Shown here in pieces: positions 55,136 to 64,000 of a DNA stretch of 64,000 nt. The notes beneath the pieces were generated by a model. The model was not told the origin of the DNA. It saw only the letters and a list, made by a program, of their open reading frames with translations, and did not search any database. This DNA is from the human T2T-CHM13v2.0 reference genome, Homo sapiens. The stretch is from NCBI RefSeq assembly GCF_009914755.1, contig NC_060925.1; one strand, given 5' to 3'. Made by a program: the position numbers and the translations under genes. How positions within the stretch are numbered: the first letter of the stretch is position 1; each line of letters opens with the position of its first letter.

Positions 55136-56450
55136 GTGTCAAAAGTAGGAAAAATAATCCGGAATAAGGGCAAATTAGGAATTTTTTTCAACCACATATC
55201 AAGACTATCATAATATAGTAATTAATACAGCATAATATTATTTAAAATAGTGGCAAATAGAACACACTAGAGAGTCCAGAAAAGGGTCCTGCATACATGG
55301 ATAATTGCTTATACCTAAGGTACAACTCTAGAATTAGAAAGGACATACTTTTAAAACATGAGGAAACAATTGAATAAAATGGGAAAAAGGCATCTTAATC
55401 CCTCCCTCACATCTGTTTAAATGATTACCAAAATAAGCTTCTAAACAAGAATATGAAATAATATGTTTATGATATGGTAAAAAAGGTTTCCTCTACAAGT
55501 AATTAAAAACATGCATTATAAAGTAAATAAAGGTTAAACTACATTATATTAAAACTATAGACTTCCCACCAATAATAGAAACAATTAAGAGAATAAAAGA
55601 GAAAGGAGGAGATATTGGTAATGCATATAACTACCAAGCTCTCAAATCTAGAACATAAAGCAAACTCTAAGACATAATAAACAACCAAATAGAAAAATGC
55701 ACAATGGACTTTAAGAAGCACTCTACACAAAAGAGGATAACCTAGTATGTTTTAAGAATGCACGAAGACTTTTAAAAATTTATTTGCATATTTAAAGTTT
55801 ACACACGTCATGATTTCAATGTAATAAAAAATAATAATAAGCCATTCACAGCTCTGAGACACATGGTCTCTTCTATATCCCAAGCAAGTCCCTAAATGGA
55901 GGTAGAGCATGTGTTCCTATTTTACACACTCTCATATGAGAGATAAGTGGTTAAGGAGGATTAGAAACCCAACCAGGCCTACCGGGGTGCTGGATAGACA
56001 CAGAACATTTCTAAGGGAATGCCACGAGAGAAAAATTACAAGTCTATACAAAAATTTTTATTTTAACACTTAGAATCAATATTCATTCCAACAGCTTTAC
56101 CAGGCTTGGCCAACCCAATAAGTTACACACTCAGGTACTTGGAAGGTTGTTGCACAGCTCCTTAACTGAACAAGTCAGGGCAAAGTTGTCCAGCAAGGAG
56201 TAAATTAAAATAAAAATGTGATCAACCCTACTCACCAAAGAATTGCTAAAATTCAAAAGAATAAAAACACCAAGTGTCAAGGATACCATTAAGCAACTGG
56301 AAATCTCATTGCTACTGTTGTGAATTTAAAATTGTAAAAGCACTTTCAAATAATATTTGGCATTATTTCATAAAGTAAATAAATGCAAATCGTATGACCT
56401 AGAAATGCTAATTCTAAAAACATACTCGATAGAAATTTAAATATATATGG

Positions 56451-56802
56451 TGATATGGTTTGGCTATGTCCCCACCCAAATCTCATATTAAATTCCACGT
56501 GTTGTGGGAGGGACCCAGTGGGAGGTAATTGAATCATAGGGGCAGGTTTTCTCAGCTGTTCTCGTGATTGTGAATAAGTCTCACAAGATCTGATGGTTTT
56601 ACAAAGAAGAGTTACCCTGCACAGGTTCTCTCTCTGTGCCTGCCGCCATCCACAAGATGTGACTTGTTCTTCCTTGCCTTCTGCCATGATTGTGAGGCTT
56701 CCCCAGCCATGTGGAACTCTAAGTCCAATTAAACCTCTTTATTTTGTAAATTGCCCAGTCTTGACTATGTCTTTATCAGCAGTGTGGAAACAGACTAATA
56801 CT
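56451..56802 (+). mobile_element. THE1 (THE1A/B-like) MaLR solo LTR
   Basis: TGATATGGTTTGGCT...CAGACTAATAC; exact TSD TATGG at 56446-56450 and 56803-56807. Confidence 0.94.
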
Positions 56803-57799
56803 TATGGACCAAGATATATGTATAGAATCCTCATAGCAGCTTTAGTTTAATTGCTAAAAATCTACAAACAACCAAATAATTCATGTATGCTATAACATAT
56901 AAACTATTTTATTTATATAATGAAATATTCTGAAGCAATGAAAATATACAAACTTCTGCTGCATGAAACAATGTGGATGAATCTTACAAACATAATGTTA
57001 AGCAAAAGACAGAAACACAAAATACTACATGCCATGCGATTCTATTTATGTAAAGTTTAAAAATAGGCAAAATTAATCTGATATATTAGCAATTTGAATG
57101 GGTTAGGTTTCAGGAAAGGGAGAGAAGTGATTAGGACAGCTCCTAGGGGAGTTTTCTGGCATTAATTTCATGTTTATTGCTCTGGATGCAGATGAACAGT
57201 TGTGTTAATTTAGTAATAATTAATCAAACTTTTATATTTTAATTTGTATGATTTTCTGTATTAATACTTTAATAAAAATATTTATTTATAAAACAAAATT
57301 CAAAGTTGTTTTCCATGTCTCAGACTACATTCATGCTTAAAATCACAAGGTATGAAAATTTGCAGAAAATAAATATTCAGCAACAGGTGAAATGTTTTGT
57401 TTGCCTGTTAACTTACTTGAAATGCTGGTAGACAGTTGTTTTTATTTAAATAGCAACAACAAAAAAAAATGAAAAAAAGTGTTTTTAACCATTAAACCCT
57501 AACAAAGCATTTACAGATACAATATGCACTCCTTCACGTAAATCTTGCCCTGATTTAAGATAAACAGGGAATACCAATAGTTGATAAAACCCATTTGTTT
57601 TTCATGAGGAGGAACATCCTTTTATCTACCTATGAAAACATATGTATTATTAAAATTACATTTATATATTCAGAGAATTGGGGAAATAATCTTAAAATGT
57701 ATTCTTAAAGGCATCTTTGTACTGGATTTACGGTCTGTTTGCAGACATGGCCACTATGCATGGTAGGGGGATAACGACTGGCCAATAGAAAAGTAAGAC

Positions 57800-58307
57800 T
57801 TTTTTACATTCCATGTGTAATTGAGGTCATGCAGTATTTTTCTTTCTGTGTTTGGCTTATTGCACTTAGCTAACGTTCTCTAAGTTCATTCATATTGTTG
57901 CAAATGGCAATATATTCTTTTAAGACTGAATAATATTCCAATGTGTATATGTACCACATTTTTTAAAATTCATTTATCCTTTGGTGGACACCTAATGTTT
58001 CTATATCTTGACTACTGTGAATAATGCTGCAATAAACATTGGAGTGCACATACCTCTCAAAGGTGCTGATTATATTTTCTTTGGGTATAGACTCATTAGA
58101 GAGATTGCTGGGTCATATGGTAGTTCTATTTATAATTTTTTGTTAAACCTTCATATTGTTTTCCATGATGGCTGCAACATTCGCATATACGTATACACAC
58201 ACACACACACACATTATATACACATATACATATACATATACATATACATCAGAATATCATATTGTACAACTTAAATACAATTAAAATTAATAAATATGTT
58301 TACAAAT
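57800..58307. mobile_element. L1MA-like element with internal inversion (minus ~57800-58180, plus 3' tip ~58235-58307)
   Basis: Minus-strand L1MA ORF2/3'UTR, then sense ATCAGAATATCATATTGTACAACTTAAATA. TSD AAAAGTAAGAC (57789-57799) / AAAAGTAAGGC (58308-58318). Confidence 0.78.
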
Positions 58308-59399
58308 AAAAGTAAGGCAACCAAGAACTGTGTCTGAAGCTAGAAATAAAATTAGCTTTCAGAGGAGTGAACTAAATTTAGATTTTACTGAGGCAGTCTT
58401 AGGTCTTTGAGAATCAGCTCCTGTGGGAATTCGTGACAAGAACCAGACAATGATCAGTATCTCTACCCTTGATGTGTATCACCGTGAGCCTTTTACAAGA
58501 ACAGAGTATGCCAGAGAATCAGGAAAACAATGCAAAAAGACAGTAGGGAAATTAAGAAGCTGCAGATCTGTAGATAATGAGGATAGACATTTTGTGTTAA
58601 TCATATCAATCTACAGATTTAAGAAAGTATGTCTACTGTTGCTGCTTTCTTTAGTCAAGTGAACCAAGGATTGGGAGTATCTGAAATATTAGGTTAAAGG
58701 CTTTCAAATCCTGGAGACAAGTTGGGCATTTAGTCAAGTATTAATCTAATCTTTGTGATTAAGGCCTTAAGCATATTAATTTTTAGAAAAATTATTTATT
58801 TTATTTTACTTTTCTTAAGTTCTTGAAGCATAAATAAATTGAGAGTAAGAACATGTTCTTTGCAATTCTTGCAATGTTTCTTTGGTTAAATAAATAGTTC
58901 CCAGAATGTGAAAAAAGGGGTTTTATTTTTCTAATAGAACTTGAAGTGAGAATATAATCATCCAACTTTTACAAAATCTATGGTTGTGGTAGTTCCCATT
59001 GGGACGTTGAGTTTTAAAAATACGGATTATATTAGATTTTCTAATTGATTATTAATGATAAAAGCAAGCTGACTGAAAAGTAAATGCCACAGTGCCTTCA
59101 TTTAAATTCTCCTAGAGTCAGAAATTTATCACTGATAATTTGGATTCCTTTTTATTATAGGTGGAAATAGAATTATATCCACAAATTATGGGTTTCTACC
59201 ACTTATATGTTTTTCCAACACAGTAAAATATATTTGGATATATTGGCTTGCTTTATTTTGTGTCTCATTAAACAAGTCACTTTTTTCTTAGCAAAGATTT
59301 ATCATTTCTGAAAGTCACCCAGGTACTTAAGTCATAAGCTCAAAGCAGTTTTAAAAATGTAGCTAAACATAGACTATGACCTTTTAGATGGTGAAAAGA

Positions 59400-59740
59400 C
59401 TTATTTTTGAGCCATATGGTCAGCCTCAGGCTTAAGACATTAAAATTGAGGCTGGAGGGAGTTCAAACGATGACACTGATTAGTGCATATGTCCCCACAC
59501 TGGATGAACTGAAGACATCAGGAAAATCTTTTATGACAACTTGTCAGTTGTCATTAATACAATCCATGGAAAAGAAAAGGAATCATTCTTGGAGATGTCA
59601 ATGCCTGAGTTTGTTAGAACTACATTAATTTGCATGAAGTTATTTGAGACACAATTTTCAGCAAGATTTAGAGAACTGAAGAACTGAACAATCCATAGTT
59701 TTAGGGGTGTTTCTGAATGGTTTATCACAAATATTCCTGA
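59400..59740 (+). mobile_element. Ancient RTE-clade LINE fragment (AP-endonuclease domain; MamRTE1/L4-like)
   Basis: Frameshift-joined translation RLKTLKLRLEGVQTMTLISAYVPTL / EDIRKIFYDNLSVVINTIHGKEK / IILGDVNA*V matches APE motifs ISAYAPT, FY and ILGDFNARV. Confidence 0.75.
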
Positions 59741-62700
59741 ATTATTGCATTGCTCTCCCTTGATATTAAGTTTCAATTTCTGGGATGTTTTCATAAGGCA
59801 AAAATGAACAGAACTACTCAATCCTTGTCATGGTATACATAATAAATTTCTAGATAGTAATTTACCGAACTTATTCAATTGATCAATTTTTAGAAAGGTA
59901 CATTTTCCCCAGATGTAAGACCATTTAATAATAGTCATTTTACCCTCTGATTCTCATATCGTAAGGCAGAGTTCATCAAATTTTTCCTCAAAATACTGTT
60001 TGCTTTTTTCAAGCGAAAAGCATGCTTATATGGATAGAGAATGGCCAATCGATGTGACAGCTTGTAAAATTTAGTATTCACCATTTATTTTTCCATGATT
60101 TAGAGTTAGAATCATGATGCAAATTTCCTAACACTATTGCTTCCTGTATTACCCCCCAGGCTTGAAGCACCAGAACAGTCTCGAAGACAAACTGGCAGGA
60201 AGAAGAATATCAAATATACATCATATTTTCTGGTTGTAGTATGAAAACAAATATCCTTAGGAAGTCTTCTATAGTTTCCTTATTTTAAAGATCATATCAC
60301 AGTAATAAAATATTTTTCAGGATACCATGTACTTTTTGTTTTATCCATTATTATGTTTGTCAACATCCATCTTCAAAAGCAAGATAACATGATTTTTTCC
60401 AGATTATAAAAGAATTTTTGAAATGCACTTTGAAAACCTACTTTGTACAGGATGATTGCTTAATGTTAGGGAAGGCCTAGCCTTCCTCTTTACTGGTACA
60501 AGCCTGCTCTACAGGCAATGCAGTTGGGTATGCTAACAATATCATGTCCAAAAGGGTATTATGACACTACAAATTAGCATTGATAATGTAATATTATGTT
60601 ATATTGACGATGAATACCAATTAAGAAAATGGAATATAAAAAATATACAGAGTAGGCTTTTTTAAAGGGAAGAAATAAATCATAAAAGATGCACATTAAC
60701 TTTTCAGAAGCATTGAATAATAGAAGGAAATGGATTAATTTTGGTGGATGAGAAGTAAAGTACATTAGATCAGTGATCTCGGGCAACATTGTAAAAATGC
60801 AAATGAGATAATGAGTACTGCTCAAAATTTGTCTTCTTCCAATGACAATAGTTGGGTGAGCCAAGGCACAGTTTGAAGCTAGCTATGAGTTAGCTGAGAA
60901 CATGTACTACTGCTGGTTTCTCAATTTAGGAGCTACTTATACAATTTTAAAGTGAAAAGCTATATATAAATAGTAATTAGAGGCAGAGCTAAAGATAGTA
61001 TAGCTAGTTTTATCTTGGGTAAAAGACCTAAGGAACTTTTGAAAGGGCGTATGTAGCAGATAAAGAGTGAGATCTTGGTTTTTACAGAAAAAGATTTAAC
61101 TGAGCCTGCATATCAAGATAGTTTTGAATATTTTACAGCTTTCATGTTTTCCAATGAGTTAGTGATTGTCATTGTAAAATGATAAATTTATGATAATCCA
61201 TATTGCCTCACTTCTATCTCAGACCTACACAACATACAAGGAAATCTTAAGGGTACAGTATTAAGTTGATATACACTAATGCTAATCTGCCCTCACTTTT
61301 TCCTAATATCCAAATCTATTTACTGGCCTCCCTCAGGTTATTCCAACCTCATAGAGTTCCTTTTGAGCTCACAATAAATTAGCCTTAAATCCAGTCATGC
61401 TAAATTAATCAATATTTTTATAATAACCCAGAGTAGATATAGTTGTACTAAGTGACTCTGCCTTCTGAACTAGAGAAAGACACTTGACCTAAATGATACA
61501 TCAAGAGATGCCTGTGACTTTGCAGTTTAAATTTTCAGGTCTCAGGTTAAACTAGTCTCTTGAATGGAGGAGGTATAAAACCCAGAAGCCATGGCATAGG
61601 AATCATCTGTATTTCCAGAAGGCCAGTGAATAATCCCCCTGCTTCCTCTGCTCAGCTTCTAACCAGTTGAGAGATGGATAAAAGAGACAGTTAAGTGGAA
61701 ATCAAAATATAAATTGTTATACTTATAAAACTCTAGATTAGAGAACAAGACCTTGTCTTGGCACAACTATAGTATTTTCAATATGACACACTGCTGCAAG
61801 AGGTTTTCTAATGCTTAACAGTACAGCACTGAAAACCAAAGGTCTCTCCATGAAAACACAGTCCTTTTACTTTACATAGGCATATCCTCATGCCTCTGAT
61901 CAAAACTTTCAAACTCATCAAGGAGTTGTTGTCCCACACTTCTGTACCTACTACGGGTAAGTAATAAGAAAAAGTGCAAGAATATTACTCTAATCAGGCG
62001 TACTTCACAAGGAGGTATATGTCAGGAGTAGAGTACAGGCTGGTTCATAGAAAAGAATGAATAAAGAGAATATTCATAAAATTAGTTGGTACCCAGATTC
62101 CTCAATGAAAACTGAATTAGTCTCCTTTTCCGCCTGCCTCATCTAATCAAGCAGCCATCATTTTTTAAATTTCATTTCCTCTTTATTTAAATTCAAAATT
62201 GTGGATCTATTTTTAATATTGTTTTATCTTGTCCTTTCTAAACAAATTGGTAATCCTACCATACCTACTTTTACCAAAAGAAACATTTCTAATTTCTTTT
62301 CTCTCCCCATTGCTACTTTCTCCATCACTTATAATCAAGTCAGCATTTTCAGAAGTATTCTGAGGAACACTGCACTTTTAGAGTCTCTTCAAAGAAATGA
62401 GGGCTTCCTATGATTAAATATATTTTAGAAATGCCACACGCCTTGCCCCATTTTAGAGATTTAACATACTCATTAGCAGAGATATCTTCCAATAAAGAAA
62501 CCTCTTTGACTTGTTTAATCCAAAATTCCCAGTCTTATCTCAACATAGCAACTTAAAAAAAAACCTCTTATAACCTCTAGAAACTAGTGTTTTGTGAAAT
62601 ACACTTTGAGAAACGCTTTTCCAAGATATTTTAATCAGTTTTTAACTATCATGGCCTCAAAGGCAGTCATGCCAAATTAATCAATACCTTTTGTGACATA

Positions 62701-62914
62701 AGTGCTATGTTTAAAAACATTCCATGCATCTTCACTGCCTCTTGGACAAAAATCAGTTCAAACTACTCAGGGCAATATTTAAAGTCAAGTGCTATCTTTA
62801 CCAGCCTTTTTTTTCTAGAGAAAAAATTCTACTGTTTCCCCAAAGAAAGTCTTCTTCATATTAAACCAAAGTTAAATATGTTCTCTCACTCCTACAAAGG
62901 ACAATTAATCTAAG

Positions 62915-63010
62915 TTCTCTAAGCCTCAGTTTCCTTAAATCCTACTTCATAACTGAAATGACATAGCAAGCATTTCCTGACTCATACTCCCTTATCTGAG
63001 CTCTGAAGTG
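62915..63010 (+). mobile_element. MIR fragment
   Basis: TCTCTAAGCCTCAGTTTCCT core. Confidence 0.5.
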
Positions 63011-63077
63011 CATTAACTGCTGTGAATTTATTCTACCCTGTCTTTATGTTTTGTTTTGTTCATTAGGCTCAGAGTAA

Positions 63078-63285
63078 ATATAATGTAGTGATTAAGAACC
63101 TGGGGTCCATATCTAAGCCAAGATCACTTAATAGACATGTGATTTAAAGCTAATTACTTATTCTCTATGTTCCTCTTTCCCTCATATGTAAAATTCAAAT
63201 AAATAACTGGTTGGCAGGATTTTTACAAGTACTAAGTGAGAGTATATATGGTAATAGAGGTTTTTAATATGTAGCTATTATGATT
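63078..63285 (+). mobile_element. MIR
   Basis: ATAATGTAGTGATTAAGAACCTGGG...TTTCCCTCATATGTAAAAT...AATATGTAGCTATTAT. Confidence 0.7.
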
Positions 63286-63644
63286 AATATTAGAGTGCAA
63301 ATTCCTTTATATCAGTATCCAGTTATTATGTTTATTTGTAGTGTCCCCATTTTACATACAAGAATTTTGCCTATGGGAAGTACTGATGAAATAATTTATG
63401 AAATCAAAATAGACTTTCAAGGGGCCATAGGGGCCATAGAACTTAGAATGTTTATTTTATAAATTGAACATGTAATTTACTTACCTAGTATCACATAACT
63501 GGTCGGTAGTACATCCAGGAGTATGCATCTGGGTCAAGACCTATAAGATCCAGCTTTTAATTGATTTTACACAGAAAAAAAAAAAACTGGCAAGCTACAG
63601 CTGCCTGAATAGTTTATTTCAAAGAAAGCACCATTCATGAAGTA

Positions 63645-64000
63645 TATGATGAAATGCAACAATGGTCCCCAAATTTTTCTCCTTCTGGTGTCCACATTCC
63701 TTTACTGTATAACATTGTGTGGTCTCCCGTACTCACCTATGCCTTGACCATACGACTTGCTTTTAACACTTGTGAATGGCATTTTTCCTCTTTTCAAGCT
63801 CTTGCAACTCCCTGAGAAACATGTAAAAATGTTCAGACTAGGCTTTTGAGATATGAGAGACTGCAAAAAGCAGACATGAGATGCCTCAGACCCTCAGACC
63901 AACCAGCCCCAAGCCAACATGTCAACTGACCACAGGCTGGTGAGTGAGTCAAGTCAAGTTTAGCAGAAGTCTTCATCATCTGAGTCCAGCCCAAATTTCA
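63645..64000 (+). mobile_element. MLT1H-like MaLR LTR, cut by the window edge
   Basis: AATGGTCCCCAAATT, TGACCATACGACTTGCTTT, CAACTGACCACAG...GAGTGAG and TGAGTCCAGCCCAAATT. Confidence 0.7.

Larger units (their letters stand above)
54600..57290 (+). mobile_element. Old L1ME-type fragments, interrupted by a microsatellite, THE1 and an unassigned block
   Basis: CTTAACCTGATGAAGGGTAT, AATGGTGAAATGTTGGAAGCTTTCC and AACAATGTGGATGAATCTTACAAACATAATGTT; L1ME-type 3' end near 57280. Confidence 0.7.

Overview
AT-rich, CpG-poor primate (human-like) nuclear DNA, about half interspersed repeats. I see no CpG island, no multi-exon protein-coding gene, no RNA gene and nothing prokaryotic; it looks like deep intron or gene desert. 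Nearly all ORFs in the track are L1, Alu, ERV or microsatellite read-throughs. Main content: three internally inverted (twin-primed) L1 insertions of different ages, seven full-length Alus and one Alu monomer, several MaLR/ERVL solo LTRs, and old L1M/L2/MIR/DNA-transposon fossils. There is also a ~6 kb minus-strand HERV9/LTR12 provirus that has lost RT, integrase, most of env and the promoter half of its 5' LTR. Structure not explained by repeat families: a ~330-bp, ~92%-identical local inverted duplication (18531-19472); a 112-bp unique segment copied 6.45 kb away (36572/43023); an RTE-clade LINE endonuclease fossil (~59400-59740); and several plus-strand splice-signal clusters, including a 9-nt candidate microexon (37470-37478). 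I found no convincing novel multi-component system. Subfamily names come from recalled consensus sequences and identities are hand counts, so both need RepeatMasker/BLAST confirmation.
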